Shown here: one piece after another, positions 25,101 through 30,738 of the stretch | Position numbering within the stretch: the first letter of the stretch is position 1 | How the letters are laid out: every line of letters begins with the position of its first letter | From: Clostridia bacterium | GTDB lineage: Bacteria > Bacillota > Clostridia > Christensenellales > UBA1242 | Length of the DNA: 64,000 bases | Reading direction: 5' to 3' | Assembly: GCA_045538455.1 (NCBI GenBank) | Contig: JAZSRL010000010.1 | Location: forward strand, 29,244-93,243 | Made by a program: the position numbers and the translations under genes | The notes under the pieces: generated by a model | What the model saw: only the letters and a program-made list of their open reading frames with translations | Databases searched by the model: none | What the model was told of the DNA's origin: nothing

Positions 25101-27385
25101 ACCAAGGCGCAGCAATGTATATTGATGGTGATGGCAATAAGATTTTTGGTAAAACTGGTATTGCTAGTGGTGAAAGTTCGGATTCGCGTCAAGCCGGCAA
25201 TGATGTCTTGTTAATGTACCAAGTAGAAAATGGTGAAGATGCGGAATTCTATCAAGTTGACACAAATGGCAACAAAACATATTTCAAAATTATTCGTCAA
25301 ATTGTTCAAAATGAAAGCGTTAATATTACCAGTGGTGTGGAAAAAGATCCATCGGGCAATTATTCTGATTTCTTGGAAGAGGCGTTGTGGTGGCGTAACC
25401 AAGGATTCACGGCGTATGAATTTGCAGAAATCAAAACACATGCGATGACAGAATCATTACCAGACGGCAGCAGTCCGGCAGCGTTTGAGTATGCTACTGA
25501 GTATACAGAGCGTAACACGGGCTATACATTGGCCGATGACTGGCACAATAATGAAAAAGCATCTTTCAAATCCGCAGGATTTACCCCCAGCGATTATACG
25601 GCTATCGTTTTGGGTGCGTCATATAAAGATGGTAAATGGTACAGTATTTACGCCGATTACTTGTTGTTTACAAAATTAAATGATGTTGGTTATATGAATG
25701 ATGTGTCGGTTGACCCAGACGCAATTACCGACATGTTGCCGTTAACTTCGGAATTTAACGACCCGTTTGGTTATGATCATAAGGGAAACCATCTTTCAGA
25801 AATGTTTATTGCAAAAGTTGCACATGAAACCGAATTGTCTGATGCCATGGTCTTCAGTTCGGACCGCGTAGCATTCATGCAAATGTTCCAATTGGGTTGC
25901 TCCAGTGCGGATTACATCGCATGGGCGGAAGAATTTGCTTACAATGTAGATCAAACCGAAAAAAAATATTTCCGTATCAACCATTACATTTATTACATAC
26001 AAGAAGATTTGGCTAGTGATTCTAACTTCCATACTGACGATTTGAAATGGGTCTTGACACCCGAAGTTACCAAAGAAATTTTCTATACCACGGTAACACC
26101 AGAAGCGCGTACCACCGATTTAGTGGAATACCGTCGCGATTGGTTCAATAAAGGCGGTAAACCGTACATTACTTTCCGTGATTATTGTGAATGGATTAAT
26201 ATTTATAAGTACAGTGATAAATATCGTATGGACCGTGGTGATATTGGTATGGAAAATGAAGAAATTGACCAAGGCGACTTAACTGCGACCGATGGTTGGT
26301 TATCACTGGAATCCTTTGCGGTTTGGAAGCGTATGGAAAAATACGAAAACAATATTGAATATTTAAAAAATATTACCGATACAACGCCAGAATACGAAAT
26401 CACGGCACCGATTTTAAAACGCCAAATTAGTACCACAGTCTTCCCAAGATTAGACAGCAGTGGTGAATATAAAAAAGATGAAAGTGGACTGACCAGTTAT
26501 GAACGCCGTTACCTACCACAAGCAACAACGGACTCAAGTAAAATTGATGATGTTAATGATGATATTATCAAATATTACGGCTGGGATAAAACCAATAATG
26601 GTGAATATATCTTCAAAGATAACTTAATGTCGCTTGAAGCGCAACGCCATGTCAACGACCGTTATGAATATAATGAATATTATATAATTAGAAGTGATCT
26701 TGAAAGAACATTGGGTAATGATGAAAAATTAGCTTCCAGAGAAGTTTTCTATAAAATTGCAAATGAAAAAATTATACACGATACAAAATATGCAAAAAAA
26801 TGTGACATTCTGTGTGGTGGATTGGAAAATCCTTGTGAATGTCAAGATCATACCCACGCCGCCTATCATGTACGCCGATGGGAAGAACGCTATGGATTGG
26901 CGTATTATGAAGGGAAATTAGATTCTTATAGCAAAGATTATAAGGGCGATGCTATGTACGCGTTGAAACTAGATGAATTTAAAATAAAAAAATATTATCT
27001 TGGATTTATTTATGAAAATGTTCAGAATGGTTTTGACCCGTATGGAAATCCTACTTATGCACGGATACCTAGAGATCAATATTGTATCATCCCTGATGAT
27101 AGGTCATACGCCCAATTGTATGTACCGTACGATGTATTTAAATGGGCGTGCCAAACCATTAAATCACAATTCCCAGATTCAAAAGGTTATAAAAATTATA
27201 TGAAATTCTGGGCAAGGAATGGGGAATACAACTGGATTTGTGATACCAGTGAATATGATGGTCCGATGGGTGATGAGTTTGTTAAGGTACAATACACTTA
27301 TCGAGCACACAATTTCTGGACGAATTATGATGGAACCTTATCGCCAGTAGATGGTAGCTTTATGAAAGCCGTTGGCTGGGAATAA
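7112..27385 (+). CDS. Giant 6757-aa predicted cell-surface protein: N-terminal signal/anchor, beta-rich stalk, 11 repeats, GLUG-type beta-helix modules, unknown C-terminal region
   Basis: Uninterrupted 20.3-kb ORF with its own promoter, SD and terminator. Starts MKKR plus hydrophobic helix. GG(L/F/I)(V/A)G.N motifs and GSAKNPYL..YTGTLEGNG..GLFG at about 20050-23250. Confidence 0.9.
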   Translation: MKKRSLASLLIVSIVAVAAVFGVVFAFKNSGRQQDVYGSVTVTVDKPKIDLEIELVKDETTDNGFRIVDKPESSAYFTITVGGLPKTASRRVELNKSSISNGTVKVESVSSLEEAARTGINNFKVTGINGGAPVKMVFTTVSGAQTIAVTVNVHMTAKDMKIAEESRFALRQGEAPLNLMSNAILNKFTFFAHPEDSGRVYTANKFPVTYRLKEEYPGVILQQGAIAVSDAATCVDQYIILQAKLPAMTEWLDIPFYVFPAAKDINIKTADAYKSETTQEYVWDLIKNRSKYANASFEFALDYGKSANSDYGFKVVSADKSVASVEYIDQYTRKLSAGQNLGEVAIDVVCYPIINVDGKSIAFDGAENENVQINKTFYIRVRNEFNAAGENFGSLSYALIANKNTVNTYYYEGKDSQSDYFDTFSLNTENSKIVNFESEIEFILDVEYPNGQKVSYGWDASKNPNPEIGLFNVLQIGYWSSETNSWVMLSEKNHTVNYLNTFRISFVKSAYAKEEFMYDDLKLTLRAKSVHQLTNGSYASYALNLDSIYAIDGFDVKNLTEFDDGSKGIALVYDEENGFSSATLEVCGLITGVSGVVDTYSKNWNPNKVTDNRNELQAFKIESSVDLSGDIPYLRYEISGSDKAEIEYYRDYPLTLVYANGKSLTVNVRIYPTVEKLSMLAVSNNRGEIYKTSQFNNGDFDLVRTAYVRKGHTYEFIIDTAKVNVGAYAMFDEVRRSSCDIVTNTTSKVFDARELDEGIYECQVSLHAYSDSVYANKKTKLTVYMVVVDPVVNVAMPEVIRLNGINDSAELTISLSTIEGTKITDDKFLKIDIVEPINNSILVETGAEINKFKVTAKYISREAINLGFKIFKSYNFVNYDLDGDGRDGNEIFELDYIGGNSVTTQVVVVNEAPNKIEKIDGVNHNPKLGNYLGIITKPESEEKTLMIDVADQAKNNAIGIAYAEWKNGKYELSPFVAFENDLIIPNVVTINIDHNEIKLTPVNGVTSLGNYALVVYTCDSLYLAEVVDSEELVLPQVYEFVSLYLGSEDEVNDKIKEIASGVVHDANSGQRNDRGGYNWVLQTKNSDNTAALFYTPEGVTNNSEIEANVYYFDDLYTVLNWEILNKPQVVEISKLVNGETVSTDTYRYENDRLSINLNNFVSDTLNDTICLKISAGARSAYFYIVNAIDVFELKIVPMVGNGENSTEFGVGLASRKNLSPDENNNLIDTVPVQRGKGFDFESDLPNGWSLYSSNFTREEQRKTSDVSYSGGVYTFFPKISLGNCDFELDALKSTVKVNVRGGIKYLNITDSFTLDSITAATYDLTVRTDELLTTDSDWTNGVLDYTFLYQDVYYKIFDDETVSYINMEGGKAQLEFKLTYLDVSEPVNGYYTYWLKITVAIVIKVPDVDPFYEFSGARLYVTEDLTGSALVKTPMSDSAELNLIKDGVSNITLSHFAETNAVAANKNAVSLTDGQTNSGIIYLDENSLGGILVVHPTPNFANVTNIVLSTKKAYEQEVVLGYDLSGKPIKDKVKYSIGFTQMVYNEDQKFYQPYISGSSIPKMISTWSSADGYKWNGKYYFKTFVVCDSNTSQRLDDGAEFTVEVTIKGENNTDKISEEMILVAKYKNSFIITPDDDVEDYAVCTMQQTQYQALGTTAIYDIALPLDCIPNYAGFTFNGISSASKTVETSQAIVTLDSVAQTISVYLKADSKNINQVLEVRIPYKRQGDYVNPYLSVVIVPVYFEFESLEVIDHYESRLQLKYGEVNKLKYKGLFKYDISMLNSILSEKIKAFNYNLQTSSLVYFDYETPNEISVEFCYNYENGVPVLAKNGICRYVQVFEYDVVSENVVTDKRTEYLAVGTAKTFTFENWDSLYANKLYSKVDGDYDAISDYLEIIEPVVVRNNVEITVSLINKSKKTNSEAYAALINQKEIVINVFSTANTNTPLLELTIVPVYFTLNEFKLQNNPVNPIVALTKPVTVTVQASGIEAANDAEISNKINAFNADLLSLQNNLADTNTLTFSPVANDNGFLNFNFDSSTREITRADTQNPTSAISYLLVSTSIKYVNGLPTIVSNGKKISTYFTVRTFGEDSEDENEEELELAPEGRARTVAQAIGTTVRYDVSLPGVVYDSLLVQSEVDANNRIIETSEYNWKAHFDLKDGVITVVLNKDTELFNKTLRVMAYSRSGRLVYVLNIIPAYFTVEQVLLVNHLGEDPILVKSGTVNWVENLELDFASNYDKYLENFDFKSAIDNFRDSLKDSSMVSRIENKSSVLISAGINYINGIPTLVNWYNAKIKLQNSYSYLIYDGVPEITKVQFLGQTTTYNINRVFESIKIFDESVNKWMDLDLDADDPYWTIIKSDEKSIKVVLTDDSSSVIGKINRVGIFENYNDADPIYVLNIIPAYFVVEDITVKGQTIEDRYVELYFGEAVDSPAKLVFDTIIDEAYSRKAEYNIPSLVNNFKNEFQNTKANLIGRYYDSDATAGDLLVTLYLNYKNGYPVLVDASESGNDFVVRLDANFTYKIYKKGDGNNDFPLMPAGPRTRTEVQAVGTTSNYVIDLDKELLLDDSILPNGVLVSLSNNVLTVELSEAADTLLKQTDIEINLYAESVLVFVLEIQPVLYEVVGVKTNNLAQPIYLPDLDVANLSYCAIAKYNNEVTYEGKNVQYYIEQFNGTLNSDLVVVELNNEYLKINLAVDYGTSGSKLRSIPALLNVNKYPLNVIESYVEFTDSPLEQGTTSAYYQAVGTTEVYYLGGSNFENAQITNIDSSSVTANIKRNSNSYILEVNVAADANLVGDSVAIKIKAGDKEYTLNINLVWFVVEGFEVVNHPERHMWLINMNEADEIDNLLFHVRSRHAIAGNDAFKAQLQEQISLFNQKLTNEWTQKIERYTIGSSYLVVRAAVDYVDGVGSLINIDDAKATQFVRDVFEYVIYSDANHDIGEIRPVPAHPSVMGSSQVRQVIGNKKNYSINVNGEVSYKYLWVENAGDLKNTYNDSNTGLLHIEYEDLIVYVDNKNDKIQVELAANYSEILTKNIRIYVPYLASYSKGIWYSHCIEITPVLFELEGWTIAAKESSLNDLITDKNNSDYLLLISGNAEFNYVAKINKGNITNDILNALFEQSKADLERNAVSNIEATVEQGNNISFDGLRLSTNFTDVALENIVGLSCYVTYENGIPVFDKNKFTVNEIYNQISISTGYTVEEWEEIEKGLLANGVAYATQAIGTVKSNILEISTAAKIFTKDIKVVNRFTKEPIKIPGERENLVSVKCENFDKITKSVVIKVALAPVEALRYENIEILIPFAKEADAEKAKYVFSYRITPALYIVNGVYLAAAENNFVELKDKDVQLELKINIDACYDYNLKSNIAFRSQNLEADINDAINNNTLNFVVSDGIDDDNINVAIKSHNGLSWISRINNIEVLNYIKASLNINYQDGLPQLSNNNSIATNSVPFEIQVQTKMVESSDDDLIFPDPDPKPDPNPEPTPNPGDDGDIYKKPIPLGRTEITQLIGSTNEYTLSDINGTVAYQYLWVSNAGSVVAPFENASMEMTKINEFLSISVDPVNNTLSVKLEPNSTYLLEPIDIYVPYVDDIDGEDVWYSYCVHITPALFKLNGWKIQGIGENADSLINQDEHYLLTAEEVDIKYVADIEHCIQDNQSTLLNKINNEKIKLEMDAAEYMIANTINSTNIVISNTILTCNDLSVADLYHISLVTYLVYENGIPKLVQNSKQIAYSEITVSTNFTPEQWNGIILDEKLRTDVVYGVQAVGTSKVYDVKIDEAFIISANEIEVLNADTQKPISANWVTVDYIMTDLNNELKLRVYLEADASLFDTTVEIKIPYIKNEEALYYFVSYYITPVAFVVDGFYLSTNASNNIDVTEYEVALDLRVKANYTSSAELYNGTIKVLIENFEKEINDEISQIAGVLSIKELSGDRNIQLVQSSGKVLIKKLNNKSAVNTLSGEIIVGYEAGMAHLYSVDSLTDALISLNIQVTTREKVSEDPTDPEDPTDPEDPTDPEDPTEPKDPTDPDKKEYKVGQISKSMQSIGTSRDYKISFANEENLTFYLDRLEVKNGGPKRGENEYENFDIQVKEGANKQITVSFTLMATAKTVNDWIDIYIPYTANKDGVVNDWFVYILRVKPVLFEVTGWTLKVGDEIVNDVVLNRDAVELYFTPQIIRCENDACYYPDELEYIRNSIKRLEMEINTYDPAKNDKYTYMVIENTPEVGSQVNYDIVRDDDTNTSYLVRTSNDVSTTVMNLSVNIAYGISDFDKSYVGSAQAVEHYDETTDTTKIWGQVSVRTMDRSIFEDSTEELLIPITQETAAQLMNLQSGFDYILMSDIYLEKIPGLIDGKWKPVSFPNDATLDGNNFKIYFGDAGFDLSSKTPNIGLFTQIPEGSVVKNVQIVIERGTVNNPYSTLTVNLQDYGSGSVNIGLLAGVNNGIVTNCAVLSEWQFEMRNLTEVINPVTETYFEDVLPFNKDGIVFDENYFYELGTTIWGDVVVTNVYNNLGYRVEKNYETGKYDKVLYDVYHNVAKWIEPDRTNVACYDDYTTIELDPNSSKTHLSKSLAKFYVQVNNRELDVTLGGLVGVNAYMVTNSRVLVDVELYGPEVITETGLVDEKNVASSIVGGFVGVNDGTITSSFFRDGSVINNANAANEAKGSLLGGFVGQNNGNIMQSYAMGCSTNRDEKLNNISAAGIVKTVRNSLGGFVHVNSGHISDCLVNMVIEKTGPDGSAGGFVYRNKAGATITNCVENNNVIVVGTGLTTKYYAPFIQVNGDGEVDKNFEKVDKTGLNNLIYAGNVSPTTVWGDTIKHLTNNNADKAFNDIKNYSGFSIGYGELNVTDKNTIWKMTGLGPMLRAANEIAVSSRKYSYDASMYLYKPGSAKNPYLVWNEDQFDEYVYKATAYAVQSDKDTEEKGVSDIERNRQNNHLRLVDNFALTKGIQGSQKIIYTGTLEGNGLTMSGINSTTNVNRLSTMGLFGKTEYATIRNINLKVGSIISEARYVGAIAGIAINTNFVDVKVLSESNSGLVSGKNIVGGFVGLNIINDPFVENYNIHSSLSVEATFGTAEYYDENTNLFTSGEEYVRQTLYSQVSALEQTADQSFNTAGSVFGFVTSNPNNYRVIDENGNETIIERRFDHTFTRNGRDEAYRSANNSEKGWFSKDKFGNSFDDANLYYGEQITLYNVSGEPTSVTASVAGGLIGIIDETIEINKPSLENLKSLTGKYYLGGIAGINLGKISGGISTNEENKTTTYSTANLNNLTISSSAKKYVFSNAEINGNITHYWGMTVGGIAGYNNGVIENINIKAKMLGTNSDAIYVLGGIVGVNSEDGYLVNVVNNHNDIQGQSTYKTVQVDNTQAGKIGYYFGKVVGRGASSDLIMIPFNSFPNSSISSFNRFVNKDKFVPNEYFNVVANETNKVQTMTIEEYRAYLVNIINTQPNLSIIERVNLLEPWLHSLATEVITIPANTIQSGDVVFAEIYESNAKEEFLNWVKTNNIFEIWTDGYDGLKNNVIYDYGDYYLAYRAISTKLAHTAESETDFVNNIETYRDNRHQMATEFFTYKYNISSSNKISGVQNLKFKWWDYEEYLILKEYSRDYQVLSTSNEYELFEDRFGEELVKMVYPYATMVEYTDGYKVMTYSNEHLRKLLALTQEEDWQAQYQFTNKDPLQVYINYVVQLEPNESVLKIDNFEMPLVHYYYYMSELYGKNYTSTHGSSSYNYSIPTDLPIVNSNGYASYLYLNFLLDESGTNMLTIPEYIDAVKHERPIVRENEEIWLKTGHQAGGARISDVGVVRLGWADRDNIASVVKEITVNQDKSIFTYGENSWNVDVEYDKAKGYGLDINKYKEIITLGGSLYEFIDKYEKHDVDSVDKYIFGLKTQQFGWSAPQVAFIEEYFKTQNNNYDLKYAIVATTYGNILDADGVIRSVYESSNQTVDEKNGWWYVDNDLNGNPSEGEPKGVWYFPANYDAQFVNGDGSAYYVNTYAQINLAATGNQGAAMYIDGDGNKIFGKTGIASGESSDSRQAGNDVLLMYQVENGEDAEFYQVDTNGNKTYFKIIRQIVQNESVNITSGVEKDPSGNYSDFLEEALWWRNQGFTAYEFAEIKTHAMTESLPDGSSPAAFEYATEYTERNTGYTLADDWHNNEKASFKSAGFTPSDYTAIVLGASYKDGKWYSIYADYLLFTKLNDVGYMNDVSVDPDAITDMLPLTSEFNDPFGYDHKGNHLSEMFIAKVAHETELSDAMVFSSDRVAFMQMFQLGCSSADYIAWAEEFAYNVDQTEKKYFRINHYIYYIQEDLASDSNFHTDDLKWVLTPEVTKEIFYTTVTPEARTTDLVEYRRDWFNKGGKPYITFRDYCEWINIYKYSDKYRMDRGDIGMENEEIDQGDLTATDGWLSLESFAVWKRMEKYENNIEYLKNITDTTPEYEITAPILKRQISTTVFPRLDSSGEYKKDESGLTSYERRYLPQATTDSSKIDDVNDDIIKYYGWDKTNNGEYIFKDNLMSLEAQRHVNDRYEYNEYYIIRSDLERTLGNDEKLASREVFYKIANEKIIHDTKYAKKCDILCGGLENPCECQDHTHAAYHVRRWEERYGLAYYEGKLDSYSKDYKGDAMYALKLDEFKIKKYYLGFIYENVQNGFDPYGNPTYARIPRDQYCIIPDDRSYAQLYVPYDVFKWACQTIKSQFPDSKGYKNYMKFWARNGEYNWICDTSEYDGPMGDEFVKVQYTYRAHNFWTNYDGTLSPVDGSFMKAVGWE
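17522..17575 (+). repeat. Pro-rich linker PDPDPKPDPNPEPTPNPG
   Basis: Direct translation; xP dipeptide periodicity. Confidence 0.9.
19103..19192 (+). repeat. Five copies of an 18-bp tandem repeat encoding an (EDPTDP)-type linker
   Basis: gaagatccaacagaccca-like units at 19103, 19121, 19139, 19157, 19175. Confidence 0.95.
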
Positions 27386-27410
27386 AAAAAGGCGTTTACG
27401 CCTTTTTTTG
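27384..27410. terminator. Bidirectional intrinsic terminator
   Basis: A-tract, ggcgt-tt-acgcc hairpin and T-tract between convergent genes. Confidence 0.85.
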
Positions 27411-27428
27411 TTTATCAATGAAGTTTGA

Positions 27429-28436
27429 TTATTTCCCCATCGTATTATCGTATGTTTGTGCTTGTTGTTCGGCTTTATATAATTCATACGCAACAGAATC
27501 CATTTTTTCAATGATTAATCTTGCTGCGCTGTTGCAGGTATTATGTTTTAAATCACCCGCAGCACGGTCATCCATCGCTTCTAATGAATAAGTGGTTGCC
27601 GCAAGATTAACCATTAAAAGAATGGATTCTTTTTTTATTCCTTTCTTGGCTGCGATTGCGGATGCAATGCGTGATAATTCTTGGGTGGTTTGTTGACAAT
27701 TTTTTTCATCAATGTCGATGTCAATGTCGTACGGGGCATTGATGGTTTTTGCATTCCAAGATTTACGAATTGTTTGACGCGTCGCGTCATATTTTTCGTC
27801 CAGTGGTGTTTCTTTGTCACGGTATGCACCCAAACCATATTTATAACTTTCATTAAAGATTGCTTGACATGCTTCTATAAAAATACAACGGTCACGGTTA
27901 TTATCGATATTACGAATAAAGTCTTCAAAAATAGGGAAACATGGTTTGGCGATGTCGTTAATTGTTTCATCGATGCCATAAGCTTTGGAAGTATCTATGC
28001 CAAGACGATCAAAATTGTTGCTTCTTTGTGCGGCAATAAAATTTTGGAAATAATTTTGGGTGTAAGCATCACCTTTTATTGATTTTTCAAAATCATCAAT
28101 TTTATCTTGCATATAGGTTTCGGCTTTGCCTAAATAATAATTAACATCTTCTGCCATTGTTGCGTGTTGCATGTTTCCACTTTTTTCGCCAACAAAGTTA
28201 TGAATCACAAATTCGCCGTTACCCAAAACTTTGTCGCATGGGGTACCATATTTTTCATTGTAATCTTTTTCTGTACCTGGTTTTTTGTTTGGATCTTTAT
28301 TTGGATCACTGGGGCCATTTGGGTTTGGGCAACCAGTAAATAATGCGGTGTTAGCGCCAATGCCCGCCACAGTAGCGGCAACCAAAAGTCCTTTTTTAAA
28401 ATTGTTTTTTGCTTTTGTAAATTTATTTTTTTCCAT
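27429..28436 (-). CDS. Hypothetical lipoprotein
   Basis: Basic N-terminus, hydrophobic stretch, lipobox-like LFTG-C, Pro/Asn/Asp linker, then a helical domain. Promoter TTGACT-18-TATAAT lies just upstream. Confidence 0.7.
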   Translation of the reverse strand: MEKNKFTKAKNNFKKGLLVAATVAGIGANTALFTGCPNPNGPSDPNKDPNKKPGTEKDYNEKYGTPCDKVLGNGEFVIHNFVGEKSGNMQHATMAEDVNYYLGKAETYMQDKIDDFEKSIKGDAYTQNYFQNFIAAQRSNNFDRLGIDTSKAYGIDETINDIAKPCFPIFEDFIRNIDNNRDRCIFIEACQAIFNESYKYGLGAYRDKETPLDEKYDATRQTIRKSWNAKTINAPYDIDIDIDEKNCQQTTQELSRIASAIAAKKGIKKESILLMVNLAATTYSLEAMDDRAAGDLKHNTCNSAARLIIEKMDSVAYELYKAEQQAQTYDNTMGK

Positions 28437-28520
28437 ATAATATTATAAAAAATTTTTGCCATATAAGTCAATATTTTCTTAGAAATAAATTCAAAAATTT
28501 TCCAACTAAAAAATCATCAT

Positions 28521-28549
28521 TTGCCAAGGAATAGCCAGGTCGATATAAT
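28521..28549 (+). promoter_or_regulatory. sigma-A-type promoter of recD2-pheS-pheT operon (leaderless geometry)
   Basis: TTGCCA-17-TATAAT, with the ATG 7 nt downstream of the -10 box. Confidence 0.7.
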
Positions 28550-28556
28550 ATGAAAG

Positions 28557-30731
28557 ATGGAAATTCAAGGGACGGTTTCGGCGATAGTTTTTGAAAATGA
28601 AGAAACCGGGTATCGTGTTTTACGGTTAGATAATAACTTGACCGCAGTCGGGGTTGCACCCATGGTTTCGGTTGGGGCAGAGTATAAATTTATCGGCGAA
28701 TTTGTGAATAATGCCAAGCACGGCAAACAATTTGCTTTCACGGAAATTGTGTTAATGCCACCCGATAACGAAGAAAAACTTTTGGCATTTTTAGGTGGTG
28801 GTTTGTTGCCTGGGGTCGGGCCGGCAACGGCGCGTAAAATTGTTAAAAAATTTGGCATGGATACGATTGCTGTGATTGAGTCGCGACCTTCGGAATTAAC
28901 TCAGGTTAAGGGAATTTCGCCGCAGCGTGCACAAAGTATCGCTGCCAATTATATGGCTGTGCGCGAAATGCAGTCCGTAATGATGTGGTTATATCGTTTT
29001 GAAATTAGTTTGAATTTGTCTTTGAAAATTTATCAGCAGTATGGTAAGGATACGATTGCAACTGTGGCGAAGAATCCGTACATTTTAATTGAAACAATTG
29101 ATGGTGTTGGGTTTACGACTGCGGATAATATGGCAAAGAAGTTGGGTGTAAGTTATAATGGGACTTTCCGCGTGCGCGCTGGGGTGGTTCATGTTTTAAA
29201 AGTTAGTGCGGAAACTGATGGTCACACTTATGTGACTTTGCCTGATTTGATTGGTAAGGTTTGTCGTTTGTTGCGAATTAAAATGGAACAATTAACACCA
29301 ACTTTTAACAGCATTATTAATGAACTATGTATTGATCGCGTTGTTGTGGCTGTTGATGTTGATGGTGTACAGGGAATCCAGCTCATTCGATTTTTTAATG
29401 CTGAAAAAGCTATTGCTCAAAAATTATTGTTATTAATGCAAGAAACAAAACCACTAGATAATGTGGATGGGTTAATTAATCATTATGAAAAATTGCAAGG
29501 TATTACATTTCACGAAACGCAAAAGCAAGCAATTAGGCAAGCTGTGACGGGTGGTGTGACTGTAATTACCGGTGGACCGGGAACGGGGAAGACGACTATT
29601 ATTAAGGCAATTTTGTATATCAATAATGCGAATGAAATTACGACACAGATGCTGGCTCCGACTGGGCGGGCGGCTAAACGCATTGAGGAAACGACTGGGC
29701 AGTCCGCGATGACGATTCATCGTTGTCTTGAAAAATTTTCGCACGACCCGCAAAATAGTTTTATTACGCAAGATATGGTGATTGTAGATGAAGTTTCAAT
29801 GTGTGATTGTTTATTGACTGCATCATTATTGCGCAAGGTTTTATCAGGAACAAAGTTGGTTTTTATTGGCGATAGTGACCAGTTGCCATCGGTGGGGGCG
29901 GGTAATGTTTTGGCGGATATCATTGAATCTGGAGTGGTGCCGACAATTCGATTGACTCAGATATATCGTACGGGTGACAAAGCCACAATTGCGATTAATG
30001 CGCACCGCATTAACAATGGTGAAATGCCTTTGTTAGATAATCAAAGCACGGATTTCTTTTATAGTGGTGTAGAAACACCGGAATTAATAAAAAACAATAT
30101 ATTGGGGTTATGTATGACAAGAATACCACAATATCTTGGGGTTGATACTAGTAAGGTGCAAGTTTTAGCACCAATGAAGTTAGGTGCGGCAGGTGTTATT
30201 AATTTGAATAAGTGTTTACAAGAAGTGATTAATCCGGCTGATGAAAACAAAGATGAATTTTTGTATGGTGAAACTATTTTCCGTGTTGGTGATCGTGTGA
30301 TGCATACAGTTAATAACTATAAGCAAGAATGGGTAAAAAATCACGAAGAAGGTAAGGGTATTTTTAACGGTGATATCGGGAAAATTGTTGCCATTAACAA
30401 GGGTAGTAAAGAAATTACTGTAGAATTAGAAGATGGGCGTGTAACTATTTATCCGTCTTCCGAATTGGCATCATTGACTTTGTCTTATGCGATTACCGTT
30501 CACAAAAGTCAAGGTTGTGAGTTTGATGCAGTTGTGATTCCTGTGGTTTCGGGTGCTTATATGATTATGACTCGAAATCTTTTGTATACGGCTGTAACAC
30601 GGGCTAAGCGACTGGTTATACTGGTTGGAAAACAGGAAAATATTCAAAAAATGGTTAATAATACTTTTACAAAGAAGCGTAATTCGTGCTTGAATAAATA
30701 TTTACAATATTTTAAAGATATGGCATACTGA
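28557..30731 (+). CDS. recD2: ATP-dependent RecD2-like DNA helicase
   Basis: N-terminal OB/HhH region (LPGVGPATA), Walker A GGPGTGKT, APTGRAA, DEVSM, GDSDQLPSVG, YAITVHKSQG. Confidence 0.95.
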   Translation: MEIQGTVSAIVFENEETGYRVLRLDNNLTAVGVAPMVSVGAEYKFIGEFVNNAKHGKQFAFTEIVLMPPDNEEKLLAFLGGGLLPGVGPATARKIVKKFGMDTIAVIESRPSELTQVKGISPQRAQSIAANYMAVREMQSVMMWLYRFEISLNLSLKIYQQYGKDTIATVAKNPYILIETIDGVGFTTADNMAKKLGVSYNGTFRVRAGVVHVLKVSAETDGHTYVTLPDLIGKVCRLLRIKMEQLTPTFNSIINELCIDRVVVAVDVDGVQGIQLIRFFNAEKAIAQKLLLLMQETKPLDNVDGLINHYEKLQGITFHETQKQAIRQAVTGGVTVITGGPGTGKTTIIKAILYINNANEITTQMLAPTGRAAKRIEETTGQSAMTIHRCLEKFSHDPQNSFITQDMVIVDEVSMCDCLLTASLLRKVLSGTKLVFIGDSDQLPSVGAGNVLADIIESGVVPTIRLTQIYRTGDKATIAINAHRINNGEMPLLDNQSTDFFYSGVETPELIKNNILGLCMTRIPQYLGVDTSKVQVLAPMKLGAAGVINLNKCLQEVINPADENKDEFLYGETIFRVGDRVMHTVNNYKQEWVKNHEEGKGIFNGDIGKIVAINKGSKEITVELEDGRVTIYPSSELASLTLSYAITVHKSQGCEFDAVVIPVVSGAYMIMTRNLLYTAVTRAKRLVILVGKQENIQKMVNNTFTKKRNSCLNKYLQYFKDMAY

Positions 30732-30738
30732 AAATCGT

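Noticed and set aside
23250-27385. DGR target or Rhs/RTX/zinc-metalloprotease toxin in the giant protein's tip
   Set aside because: No reverse transcriptase or template repeat is in the window. No YD repeats, RTX nonapeptides or HExxH motif were spotted.
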